A stretch of 64,000 bases of DNA, taken from Callorhinchus milii. Taxonomy: Eukaryota. The position numbers were made by a program, and so were the translations under genes. The stretch's first letter is position 1. The number at the start of each line of letters is the position of its first letter. Under the pieces are notes generated by a model. It was given only the letters and a program-made list of their open reading frames with translations, made no database searches and was not told the origin of the DNA. Where the stretch lies: contig NW_024704742.1 of NCBI RefSeq assembly GCF_018977255.1, positions 42,100,001-42,164,000 on the forward strand, read 5' to 3'. Below are positions 50,407-63,539 of this stretch, piece after piece.

Positions 50407-50530
50407 AATAATAATAACAACAATAATTCTTGCATTTGATATAGTGCCTTATCACGTCTTGGAGACGTCTCAAAGCGCTTCACAGAATATACTGTAAAGT
50501 GAATTGACTGTATATTTTGTGGGCGAAATG
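50407..50530 (-). mobile_element. Tail-only SINE copy (~120 bp)
   Basis: ttgcatttgatatagtgccttatcacgtcttggagacgtctcaaagcgc...tattttgtgggcgaaa. Confidence 0.9.
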
Positions 50531-51117
50531 TTGGTAAGCTCAGTCTGCTAACATCTGAGAATGACTCTAGAGGCTCTAGAGAAGCCAGGTCAATATAATT
50601 TAAATTTATATAGTGCCTTTTATGTCGGGGAGCTCTTGACACTGCTAGCTGGGCATCCGAGCTGGGGGTGGGAGCCTAGGGCTTGTGGAGGGGAAAAGTG
50701 ACCAAAAGTGCATCCAAATAGGTACATCTCGAGACCAGACTTGAACAAGAAGAGAGGGAATGAGACTTAGGGATTCCAGGATGGAGTTTCAGAGATCGGG
50801 GCAGAGCAATGGCCGTGAATGGAGTTGACAGCTGGGAGCGGACAGATGGAAGGTTCACATGCTGGCGACAAGACCTGGCAAAGTGAGAGTGAGTGAGTAT
50901 AGGAGCAAACACTGAATATTACTCAGCCACTCGATAAGGGAAGTTTTCAGTTCACCTTCAACTGCCAGGAGGAGCTTAATAGTTGGCAAATAGAGAAGAA
51001 GGGTATCTTCAAATATTTAGTAAAGAGTGTGATGTTTCATAACAGATTTGATGTGATAATTTATTGTTGCAGTTTTTCAATCCACTCCAGGGAACTGAAC
51101 AACTCCCCCTCCCCCAA

Positions 51118-51380
51118 CCATACACAAACATACACACACTCTTTCACACTCCCATGCACGCAGATACATACAGAAATATATCTGCTAACACGTACACCAG
51201 CACACACACACTTTCACGTTCCCATGCTGCATGCACATACACACCCACACAGGCACACCCGCACTCTCATATTCATGTACACAGATAAAAAAATATATAT
51301 ACACACATATGCATCCACACATACACAGGAACACACACATACATACATACATATTATCTCTCTCTCTCCCTCTCTCTCAC
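51118..51380. repeat. Degenerate (CA)n/(TA)n/(CT)n low-complexity tract
   Basis: Interrupted acac runs ending in (CT)n. A further (CT)n(CA)n tract lies at ~51948-51997. Confidence 0.9.
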
Positions 51381-53632
51381 ATGAGAAAACCCACTGCAAG
51401 AAAGCAAAGATGGAAATCAAATTCCATTATCTACTCTGCAAATAATCTAAGGGGCTTCATTGGATAGATTACCAGAGTCTGTCTATTTTTGTCAGAGTTG
51501 AGGGGGAGGATTTGGCTGATATTATATTCATGCTTCTTCCAATTTGCACCCAGGGCAGTAAGATTGTACATAGATTATTTACATGCTTGCAGGCATGTAA
51601 GCAATAGAGATTGTGATAAAGTATCTTTTCAATCAGTGCAATGTGTGCAAAAAGTCTAGCCCTGCTTTGAAAGGAAATGATAGATGAGAGTTGGCAGCAC
51701 AAAAGGATCAACGGAGTGGGGAACGCAAGGCTCCAGTTGATATAGGGATGTCACTTGTCTAATATAAACTCCAATGCACGGGCATTACGTGAAGGGAATT
51801 ACGCACTTATCTATCTCCTCCATCTGAATGGAGGAGTTGTATCCAGTTGTATTCTTGTATTAACATTGGACTAATGGAACATCTTCACTGTAAATGCCTT
51901 AAACATCAGAGGTCATTGTTCAAAGTGGTGAAAGTGTTTTTTTAAATCTGTCTCTCTCTCTCTCTCTCACTCACACACACACACACTTACACACACATGG
52001 GTATGCTGATTGAGTGTCTGCAGGATTTAAGTGTTCATACTTTCTGAATTATAGACTGTCTCGGAGTTCATAAAAAATGCTTTATTTTAATGGCATGCAT
52101 TGATGTGGAACTTGAGTATGGCTCATTGAGCTTGGGTTGGTCGTCTATTATTGTTTCTGATCTAACCGTGGAACCATGAATGGGAAGTAACTGTCAGGTG
52201 GCTGGATAGGGGCAGACATAAATAGACTCGGCCAGGTTGTATTTAGTTTCAATGGTACTTGTTTTACACACCTTCATTCAGCACCCTTGCCCTCTGAAAG
52301 CGGAAGTTTTAACCAGCCCTTCTGGTGGCTGCCTTGTTCTTTTGTTTTTGCTATGTGACCCAGGAGCCTTACCTGGTCTGGTATGAGGAGAGACTGCAGT
52401 CTGCTCGCAGACAGTAAAGAAGTGCCACTTCTGTTAACACCTGAGGTTTCAAAGTGTCATTTCTAAATAACGGGAATTGGGGCATTCCTCCCGATCAGTG
52501 ATCCAGATACTGTGTGTGTTAAGTAAAGGAAGATGAGGCACTAGCTATCAATGACTTGCCAAACAGTCAGACAACCCAGAAGTGCAAGAGGACAAGGGGG
52601 AATGTGTGGCCACAGATACATAAAAAATATCAGCAGTGATTTTTTTTGGTGGGGGGAATGTTGATCTGATCAGCAAAGGTTTAAGGAATACATTTGAAAT
52701 TTTGAGATTATAATTGGAGAAAAAATGTAATATAAACAGTGTTAGGGACAGCTTTCTTCAATTTGTGAATTTATTTATCTGAAAATCTTTTCAAAGTCCC
52801 CTGTCCACACAAAGCAGCATATTAATGGGCTTATTAAAATGTGGATGCAAATGTTCTTACTTTGCTGAATGAACAGACATTGGTGTAATTAAATGAGTGC
52901 ATTTAGTTATGAAGTCTAATGTGGTTATTGAAAATCACACTGCACCACCTAATGTCCCGGAGCCAGTTCATGTGTGCAGACTCTGGTCACATTCAGTGGT
53001 TCACAGATAAGTCAATTTACACAGCAACAGCTTAATTACTGCTCCAGTTGATTAAAATATTTCTAATTTGATCACAGACTTGTCATTTTTAATAAAGAAA
53101 ATGAAATAAAAATGAGCTGCATTGTAATTTCTTCCACAAAGCCTGGGTTGTTTTTCAGATATTCTAAAGTCAATCATTTCCAACATCCAAATCGTTCAGC
53201 GGAAGTGTTCACAGGGGTTTGATTTACCAATTCTGAAAACTAAAAGTAAAGGAGTTGATGCTTTAATTTAGAACCCATTCCTCTCCTGTATGTGTTTTAA
53301 CATTAACGCCTGATGCGGCAGGTGCTGACGTCTTTGACCTCAGGCTTTGCATAGGGTTAAAGGTTCTGACGACTGTAATAATAATGGTGGACTAAAGCAA
53401 AGAGTCACTGGTGTGCAGAGCCTCTCCAACATCAAATGCCAGTTGCAACCGGACCTTGCCGAGACACACAAATGCAACTTCAAAGGAATGCACAGTGGTC
53501 AGAATGCTGGAGAAGAGGTCTGAAGGGGCAAGGCCAAACCACAGCCAGATGTGGCATGCAGTGAATCTACATCAGGCGAGGTGTGAAATGCTGAATAGAA
53601 ACTCTATTGACATGTTGGCACTTAGTGCCAGG

Positions 53633-53958
53633 ATAATAATAATAATAATCCTTGCTTTTGATATAGCGCTTTTCACGTCGGGAGGACGTCCCAAAACGCT
53701 TCACAGAACACACAGTAAAATGAATTGACTGTATATTTATGGGCGAACGCGGCAGCCAATTGCGCACAGCAATGTCCCACAAACAGTCGTAGATTGAATA
53801 TGACCAATTTATTATTGTTTTTGGTTTTGGAGGGATTATTATTAGGCTCTGTGTGGAGTAAGGAAACTTGCCCAAGGTTTCGCCCTGACCTGCCGGGGAT
53901 TGAACTCAGGTCTCTCGCTTGCAAAGCGACTGCTCTAACCACTGAGCTACAGGACTCC
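53633..53958 (-). mobile_element. Full-length tRNA(Ala)-derived SINE, subfamily A
   Basis: Complete; shares aggctctgtgtggagt with the 23887 copy. Confidence 0.95.
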
Positions 53959-55189
53959 AGGATGGAGCACAACTCAGTTGAACGATCAGCAAGAAAAAAA
54001 AGGAATAATAATACCTTTAAGTGATAATATATCACAGTCTTGACTCCACATATGTACAGGAGTTGAGCCCCCTTTAGCCTGTTTATTGGCATATACTTAT
54101 TGTCAGTAAATACATTAGAATCTTGTTTTTCGCCTTGCTTTCTCACCCCTTTGGCTGATTTCCTGGAGCTGTTTAACATTGGTGTGATATAGACTGCATG
54201 GTGTAGCATTGAAACCAGTGTGTTATTTTCAAGTAAATGTTGGACAAATCGTGAAATATCCGATGTACAATTATTTTTCTGTCTGGAGATGTCCATTCAC
54301 TGTGCCCCTCCCTTCCCACTTTTAAAAACTGCTTTATGCCCGATCTCTTCGACCTCACTTTGGTTACCTTTCCCCACCCCACTTACTCATCTTCCCTGTC
54401 CCACCATTTCAGGTGCCCAGTCAACTGATTTTAGCATCTTGAAGTGTCTAACATAAAATGTTGTTGCACGGGTAAGTGTCTTGTTCAGATAGAGCGTACA
54501 TTTCATAGGGCGACTTTGAAATCTTTGGATTATCGCTTGCTGCCTGCTGCCTGGTACTCTTTACATATTGTTGTGCCTTTGCATTTTACAGTTGAATGAA
54601 CAATTCTACTGTCACTGCTCCCTTCATTAGACTTGAGCTTTCAAACATCTTTTAAGAGTGCAGGGCAGTGGATTGTGCAGGATTTAAGAGTTATTGAAAC
54701 AAAACCACAAGCTACAATGCAATCGCTTGATTCGCTTTCATGAATTGTAATACAATGATATTCTTTCAGAACACAGAAAATAGTTTTTCTCTCTTTTCCA
54801 CAATTTTGGTTGCTGCTAGAACTCCTCTCCGAATGGGAGTTATTTGATCTTTAATATTCAGTTATGTCGTGCGAGCAGAGGCACAGACACCTGTCCTCAA
54901 ATTAGGTCTATCCCAAAAGGCACAGCCAGTAATTGACAGACCGGAACCATATTCTAAAAACTACTGTAGTGGTGCTTTGCAGCTGGCCTCAGACTAATGC
55001 ATGCACCGAAGCCAATGATTGGATTTCCTTTAAGTGTCTGCTTTGCCTATTCATCATTTAGATCCTTGATGTTGCACAATTTTGAATGAGGTTTGATTAT
55101 TGGCAAGTACATGATAATTCGGCTTAAACCCGAGTCCAGCAATTAAACAGTTAGGCAATCAGAACCAAGACAGTTAGCACTGAGGTCAG

Positions 55190-55585
55190 CAAGCATCTCT
55201 TCACAAAGCGGGTTGGGAAAATGTAGAATACACTGCAGCAAAAAGTTCTCAAGGTGGAGTCAATAGGGATATTTAAACGTGAGTGATTTATATAGTAAAA
55301 CAGTAAGTCTGATCTGAGTAAATCTTATATTTGCCTAAGTCGTACAGCTGCCCAAGTCCTGTTCAACAGTTTATAATCTATGCAAATTTGACATAACTTA
55401 TACTTGCATAAGTCATATTAAATGCATGGTCCCAACTGATACGACTTATGTGAGGTTTACTGTATTTGGGTAGTAGAGGCATTGAATATGTGAAATGAGA
55501 CAGGGCTGGGGAGTACTGCGATTAAAATATCTGCCAAGATCTAATAAACTAGTGGAATAGCCTCCTTCTGTTCCTGTTTTCCTCT
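55190..55585 (+). mobile_element. Old CR1 3' end with a nested Tc1/mariner-like MITE (~55293-55462)
   Basis: CR1 sequence ttcacaaagcgggttgggaaaatg...atttaaacgtgagtgatttata resumes at tatttgggtagtagaggcattg. The insert ends gacttatgtgaggtttactg|ta. Confidence 0.55.
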
Positions 55586-57585
55586 GATCTTAATTGCACT
55601 TGAGACAAACTTGACTTAAAATTTAAAATTGTGCAGATCGTGCAGGCCTATTCTTAAATCTGGTCTTAATTTTGAAGCTAATTCTCTGCAGCGCTGTGGG
55701 AAACCCATCCTTCAAATTATGATTAAATTTTAGCAACATGATCTTAAACGTTTGGAAAAGAGTCTGATGGCTAAAGCCAGGGAATTTGCTGGCCTCAGAT
55801 TGGGTAAGGCATCAACAAGTAATTATGCAAGAGAGCACTGACAACACTTACAGCATAAACACATCAGAGGTGCAAGTAGGGTAGTGTTCTACAATGGTTG
55901 ATGAAGGAGCAGTCACCTGTCTGAAAGATTTTATAGCAAGGATTATGGAATTTGTTTAAGCCATCTGTTACCAGTAACTCCATGGGTACTTAGTTGGAAA
56001 ATGACAATTTATATTTATTATGATGGACTACCTCAAATTCCATTAGACAAATAGGCCCAAGAGGAGCAGTGTGATTTTCCTTTATCAATTTAATTTCTTT
56101 TTTCCCATTGAAACAGAGAGTTGCAATTTATAGAATCAATTTCAGACAGTCTTTCATCAAGTGGATTGGTAGCTTCAAGCTTGATAGCCAAAGCTTTGCT
56201 TACTCAGAGAGATGTGGGGTTGAAAGAAAGATTAGCACAGGACTATTTTCCCATTTGGTCATCTTAAACCCAAATTTGTCATGGCATTGAAGGACCTAAT
56301 TGTATGGACATATCCAGTTAGATGGATAGACTACTACCTGTAAACCTCTGAAAGTTGAAGTGGGTGCTTTACAGGGAGCTGCTCAAATGTTTGGCTGAAA
56401 TGGATCCTGTCGTACTGTTAAATAATGAAAAAAACTGTAGGCGAGAGCTGAATGTTAACCACAGCACTGTTGATCTGATTGTACACAAAGGTCAACTGAT
56501 CTGAGTTTGAACTTTTTTTCCACAGCTATTGCTTACAAGTCTTCCAGTTTTCAATTCTATTTGCATATTACATGAGAGTAAATTTATGTGCATCATATGT
56601 GTGAGCAACTCACTCACCGACCATCTGCTATGCTCTAGACCTGCTCAACAAGGCTTTTTGGAAGGTGTACAGAATGCAAGTTTAGTATTTCTTACATGAT
56701 TTCCCTATTGAACTAACAGTGATCCACGTATTGCAAGAGATTGAGGTCTATCTGAGGCAGCTGGCGTGATGGTCAACTGCACTTATTATGCTACTTTGTG
56801 GATATCTAGTCTAAATGCAATATTCACAAAGTCTTACCCATGGGAACTCATATGCTGTTCACAAGGGATACGAGCTATGCCTGGCCATTGTGCATCTTCC
56901 GAGTACAGTTCTTCATACATTTTATTAAACTTAAAAACAAAGGATCTAATCTCTAAACGGGATTTGAAGCAGCATCGCCGCTTTTCTCTTTGGTCTTATC
57001 ATTTTACACTTTGCCGGCTTTTGCAAATCACATCTAGTTGCTTTGTAAGCATCGCATCTTTCACAAGTCACAGACATAAGTTACAAATAGCAATTTGAAT
57101 TCTATTTGCGAGTATTCTAAATTAGATCCCATTGCTGATGGATTCAGATTAGTATACGTCCTGGAGGCAGTGATGTTTTTCCGTCAGTGAATCTATGTGT
57201 AGTGTCAGGGTGAGAGTAAAGTAAGAATGGCCCAGGTAGCTACCTAACTGATTGACATAGTCATCATCTAGTGATCAACAGCTCATTCATTCACTCATTA
57301 AGTGTGCCAAACTCTTCACTCTGTGGCAGAGTGATTAGTGAGCACTCAGACGCAAATTTGATTCATCTCAACTGGGTAGTGGTATGAGCGTTACAGATGG
57401 TTTCAGCATCTTGGGCTAGGAAGAGATTCCAGTTGCCTGTTTTTTTCTCCCATTCGCTTGCTCTCTTTGTAGTCAGTTACCTTATACTAGGGATAAAATC
57501 ATGCAGCAGGATCTATTTCTTATATATATTTGTGAACTGTGGGGTACAATGGCCAAAATTGACCTCCCTGTTTGGTTTAAAGAAA

Positions 57586-57864
57586 TGCTTACAAAATACA
57601 GTCACTACACTTTACAGTAAATCCTGTCAAGCATTTTGAAATGTCTCAAATGATGTTGTAAGGCAGTATTTCAAATGCAAGGTTATTAAAATATAAAGAA
57701 TAATAACTTTTATTTGATATAGCACCTTATCACATCATTGAGACGTCTCAAAGCGCTTCATAGAATATATTATAAAGTGAATTGACTATATATTTTGTGG
57801 GCAAAACACTTTGAGATATCCTCCTGACATGAAAGGACTTATATACAGAGCAAGGATTATTATA
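57586..57864. mobile_element. Cluster of three SINE tails (+ 57586-57690, - 57699-57808, + 57807-57864)
   Basis: Three recognisable tail segments in alternating orientation. Confidence 0.8.
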
Positions 57865-58479
57865 AGTACTCTATAAAGATGGACAGTGCTCATTTATTTT
57901 GTCCATAAAAAGGAAGATTGGGACAATAATTAGTGAGATTGGGTGTTAAGCATATAAATCACTTCCTGTTTTGATGTGGCTGAGCAGGAATATAGAATGG
58001 AAGAGGAGGAATATCAGTGTGTAATCAAATATCTTCCCAAATATTTATCTGATTTGCAAAGATTAGGTTGCCAGAGGGGCAGTGATTAAATGTGCTCTTC
58101 CATTGTGATGTGCACTGAGTTTTACCCAGACCCTGTTCAAAGCCTTGAGGCCAGTTCAAAATATATTAAATAGAAAAAAAGGATAACAACACTTGTGAGG
58201 TATTGAAAAGGGAAGTCAATGACCATTGCACTTTCTGTTTATTCTGTTCTGATTTTGCAAAGTAAATTCATTACAAAACCAATGAATGATAGTCATTGCA
58301 TTTCATATAGTTCCTGAACAAAGTATGCTGAAAGATCTGAACGTTTTTCACACAGCGGGGTTTAAATAAAGCTCATTGTGTAAACAGCAGTGCAAATGGT
58401 GCTTCACATTGGAAAGTGTACCTTGGGATGTAACGTATGTCTCCTCCAAGGAACCAGCCTCAAGGACTTCATTCCAGGA

Positions 58480-58755
58480 CATGAATTGCGGATTATTAAC
58501 GGACGGGGAGGTTAGGAGAGAGGTTTTCACACAGAGGGTTGTCAGAATGTGAAACTTGTTTCCACAGATGGCTGCTAAAATGAGTCCTTAACACCATTTA
58601 AAAGGGAATTGTATAAATATTTGAGGAAAAATAATCGTAATGGGTATGGGAAGGAATTGGGTAATGGAATTACAGTAGATGGCTCTAGTGGCAGAGATAG
58701 AACCAACAGAGTCAATGTCTGCCTTTTGTGCTGTAAACTGTATGATCCTATGATT
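58480..58755 (+). mobile_element. Old CR1 3' end
   Basis: aggagagaggttttcacacagagggttgtcagaatgtg...tttaaaagggaattgtataaatatttg...tgtgctgtaaactgtatgatcctatgatt. Confidence 0.75.
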
Positions 58756-59795
58756 TCTCTTCTGAAGGTGGCTCCACCAGTAGGAGATCGCTACAGACTC
58801 ATCAATGCACTCATTATAAAGAAGTTGGTCTTCTCAAAAATAACATGCGAGAGGCAGGGATGTTTTCAGGGAGACCTTGAAATGACCCGAGAAACCATGA
58901 GAGATGCTGTATATTTGTGAGACAGGATAGATTGGTGATCTTGAGGCAGGGCAAGAGAACTAAAACATTTTTATAAGCAGCTTCCTTCATGCCTCTTTGC
59001 ACTGTTTTCTGATGCTATTCTTAATTTTATGGGTGGGTCAATACAAACATGATATTGTATGCTTCATCAAGGTCAACATTATTTGACTCAACCCCAGAAC
59101 AAATCCACATTGGAGAGGCACAATGTAATTGCTAGCTCAGTGGAAAGACAAGCAGTGAAATTGGGTTCTCCCATTCATTCAGCTCACACTGTCTGTGACC
59201 AGACTCCTCACTGAAATGCTGCAACACAGTAAAAGAAGGAATTAAAGACAGACCGATGTTATCTTATCACTATTGAAAAATGAAGTCAAAAAAGGTCACG
59301 CAGGGCTGAACAGCTTAAATACTTAGTAACACAATATTTATCAGAGCAATCTGGAACAGAGAGCGGAAGATATTAAGTATTTTATAGGCCTCTTTGGAAT
59401 TTCTCCTTTTGTTTTTGACAGATCTTAGCTGTGCCCGGAATGGGTAATGCAGTCTATCAGTGATATTGTCTCTGAGCTAATGAAGGCTAACTGAGATGAT
59501 AAAAGCCAGGTTAGGCTTATCAGAGTTCTGCACCAATTGTCTCCCATGCTCTACTAATGGACTGGTTTGGAGATAGGGTACAATTGAACCTGGAGATCTG
59601 GGATGCACCTCCTTGCTCATCGCAAAATGCCAGATTCACTTTAAAAACTCCCTCTCACATCATAAAACATTGTGCGGCCAGGAATGATGAACAACAGGCA
59701 GGATTCAAAGAAGCATTTTTGAATGACCATCTTGCCTTATTTCAAAAATCGTTACATCCATTCAAGAGGAATATTGCGCAAAACTCACAATAAAT

Positions 59796-59895
59796 CCACA
59801 AAATATACCGTCAATCCACTTTACAATATATTCTGTGAAGCGCTTTGAGACCTTAATGATCTGATAAGGCGTTATATCAAATGCAAGTATTATTA
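59796..59895 (+). mobile_element. Tail-only SINE copy
   Basis: ccacaaaatataccgtcaatccactttacaatatattctgtgaagcgctttgagac...caaatgcaagtattatt. Confidence 0.85.
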
Positions 59896-62109
59896 ACATC
59901 AGAGAGAAAGCGTTCAGGGGTCTGTCTGCGTTCCTCCAGGCCCACTCGGCTTTTTGATTCCAAAAGGTTTGTTAAATATTACATTTATCTGCGATTTATT
60001 ACCTAGAGTTCTGCCTTGTATAAACAAAATGTAGGGGTTTTATAACACTTTGGTATAAAGACTGAGCTGGTTTGGAACGCTGTGACTTTAATGGAGTGTT
60101 ACCGTCTCAGCAGGGAATTTGGGGAGCAGGCTCTGTTTCTCACAAGAACCAGGAACAGCCTGCTGTGAAAGCTCTGCTATAAAGCTACCAAGTCTTCCAG
60201 GGAGACTTTGCTCTAAATTCAGGTGCTGTGTCTGCTGCTAAGTAAACTTTTACAAATCACGTCTTGTGTTATTAGTTCATTTTCATTATTTCCTCTTCTC
60301 CCTTGGGGCTCCCCTGCACCACACACCATTTCCAAGCAAGAGGGTGGGCAGTAGTTTATTTTCATATAATAGGGAGAATAACAATGAGGTTCAGCCAAAG
60401 GCCGATGCTGGCACCCAATCTTTGTCAGGTTAACAAAGCAATGATATGCAGGCTACATCTCAGTGGCATTTGACTATAATTTGCAATACTAGTTATTCGT
60501 GCGCAGTCTTCATTTAAAATATAGCTTGATGCTGTGATTGGAAGACGGTAGGGTGAGTATTCAAGAAGGATAAGATCAGATGAGCTGAAGGACCTTCATC
60601 CAAACCAATTTTGTAATCTTGGGGCCATGTTTGGAATTTTGGATCTAATTTTGGGCACTATAGCTTTGGGATACGATTCAGAGAACAATGGATGATTATT
60701 CAAGGCTCTAAGTTTAAAGCTGTAGTGACCAGTCTTGTTGGCTAACAAAATAATCGTGGAAATAACAAAATAGCATAGAATTATGCCATTAATCACAAAA
60801 AAAATCAAGAAACATTTATTTGATTGTCCAACCGAAGAAGTTGCTCACAACTGTTTTAAAGAGACATTGTTGTGGTCAGGCACTCTGGGACAAGTACCCT
60901 GTGTGAGGGGTGCTATATAAATGCAAGTTGATGTTGTCATTGGCAAAAAGAAGATTGAAAAGAGGACATGATTCAGGTTCTTAAAATACTGTGAGCAATG
61001 CATGGTGGGATGCAAAGAAGTTAGTTAATTTAGATATCAGGACAGAATAAAAGACGCATATAAAGAATTGATATCAGGAATCTGCTTTCTGACAGAATAA
61101 TGTGTGGTAGAGATGCAAGTGAAACATTTGGGGGAGAATTTTCACCCAGGACTAGATTTACTCTATTTTCAAAGCAATTGAGAGCATCTAGAATTTGGTA
61201 AATGGGTGAATCCAGTCCTAACTTTGAAGCCATGTATCAGTGGTTCTTAAAAGAACTTACAGAAAATTGGCTTCATAATTACTTTTAAGAATTTGCATTT
61301 AAGAATTTGCCAAAATCTGGACATTTCAAAAAGCTACATACACAGAGTCAATCAGGTGGAATTTTACTTCTAAATAATTGGTTGAGTAAACACCTTTAAA
61401 AAAAAGTTTGATAACTATCTAGGTAGGACTGAGATTGAGGAATACAGTATTCAGTCAATGATACACAATAACTGAATGTTGTGTGGGAAATGATTGCTAT
61501 TGAGCTGTTAGGAGCATGTAATTGTCACTTGAAGGAAAACAACCTAGCCAGGATGAATAACAACAACTTGCATTTATATAGCGCCCTTCACGAGGGCTAG
61601 AGGGGTAGTATCCCAGAGAATAATGCGAAGCGACTGATTTGAACAATATTCTGGAGTTTCACTTGTCTTATCTTTAGTTGGGTCACATAGAACCCTTACA
61701 GAAACTGCCCCCAGAAGATTAAATAGTGGGGAGAGTCCGTGATACAGCAGATTGCATTATAGGAAGACATTGACTGATAACTTATGTTTGTATCCTGTGT
61801 TTAAATGAAATGAACACCAATCTCCATGATTAGGAGTTACAGGGGAATTTTCAGGCAAACCATTATACTGAGAGTGTGGAGGAAAAGTGTGGCTGAATTA
61901 GGATGCTCAAATTCCTTCACCAGAATTTAAAAAGCAGCTCACAACAAATTCCTGAAATCCAAGATTGCAGTAATTCTTTTTTTCAAAAGTGAGGAGTTGA
62001 GCATTGTTTGTCTTTGTGAATGCCTGGAAATAATTTCATAAAAGCTTCAATGTGATAAGTTTAACTTTGAATCTGTTATGAAATATCACAAAGGTCACAC
62101 CTGATGTAC

Positions 62110-62470
62110 ACCCCTGAGGGTGCAGTGGATGGAGCTGCAGCTTACATACCAGGAGCTCGCTGGTTCGAATCTTGGTCTTTGTTCAGTTTACTGGTCTCAG
62201 TCAGGGTTGCCTGAGGAATCTAAATTGGTCCTTGCCTTCCCAGGGGTGGGGAAGGAAAAATCAGCCACGATTCCTGCTTCTGGTCCCTCTACAGCATCCT
62301 CTAGAGGTTGGGTTCATGTGTGGCTGGAGTGGATGGTCAACAATCACTGCCAAGGCTCACACATAAACATTGACCACCTGGGCAGGGTATGGGGAACACA
62401 TCCCTTCAATAGTAGCCTGTGGACTAGGAGCAGAAAGGCATATATCATTGGGGAGAAAATTAGAAAAATA
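62110..62470 (+). mobile_element. Second ancient tRNA-like SINE family
   Basis: B-box-like ggttcgaatct, then ggggaaggaaaaatcagcca..ttcctgct and aaggctcacacataaac. Related fragments at ~3890-4010, 8330-8460, 15370-15450, 24230-24400, 34885-34985, 35760-35890, 36575-36625 and 63840-63975. Confidence 0.6.
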
Positions 62471-63539
62471 TTTGGACACGCTAAATTAAAAAAGTCACCC
62501 CCATGATTCAGTCATTCTCTATGATTATTGTACAGGAGGCATGGAGCAACGTAACTCAAGAACACCCAATGATCGATTAAAGGGCTGATCTGTAGCATTC
62601 CTCTGATTTTTCAAGCTAAAGTGGGGGTGGGGGGTAGGTGCATAATGAAATAATGATCATTATATTGAGTTCAGCAGCTTCAGCTTGTTCAATTATTTCT
62701 TGTTGTTGGGAATCTATTGACTTGCAGGTAAATAGGCAGACTTGTATGATGTGTCAATACTGGAGCCTTTATTAAGTCCCCAGGGTGCCGATGACCCATG
62801 TAGTGCTGGACTTGCTGATTAAATCCTATCCCAATCAGGAAATGAGGCGATCGCTGTCAATGTCTGGTTTGAGCTGTGTAATTACCAGCTCTGTAGGACA
62901 TTCTGTTTAACCCTTTACCCTTTGACCTGTTCACTAATAATGTTCCTTGTAATCCTGAAATTTTGAGTTGGATTTTAAATCATAATCACTCCCTGTTTTT
63001 CTCAACCTGGATAATTTTGCCAACCCACTAATTTTCTACAATCCATTCCCAGTAATACAGATATATTTTGGGGGTAAGGGGACCAAGGGTCAAAAGATTT
63101 GGTTTACTTAAGGGAGAGGGAGACTTTATACCAATAGCTCACTCAACAAATGGTTCCTGAACTGATCAGCCACTATATGTAATCGTAACAGATATGCAAA
63201 TGATATTAGAAAAGATTAACTCTCTTCCATTCAAATTGCCTGCTGGTTGTTACCTGGCTCTTTGTCAATGGTAACCTCTTTCAAAGTATTACATGGAATT
63301 TTGCCACTTCTATACCAGTTCTGTGATGGATTCAGTTTTCTGCCACTGTGAAGTACAGCTGTGTGCTGGGAATCAATGAGAGCTTTGAGCAGTTTTTTTC
63401 TTTAAATTGTGCAAATGGTTAACCTTGCTATAAATCTTGTGGTCTCGGGCTTGATTTAATTCTTTGAACACTCAAGGTATGGTTAACATTTGCATCTGGG
63501 AGGTTGAAAAAATGTTTGTCAGAAAACGGTAGTGTAGGG

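Noticed and set aside
51029..51467. His/Thr-rich ORFs
   Set aside because: Artefacts of the (CA)n low-complexity tract.
53673..54296. 207-aa ORF and the recurring MGKFPYST.../KRYIKCKDYYYY peptides
   Set aside because: These are translations of SINE sequence, recurring because the SINE recurs, not a gene family.
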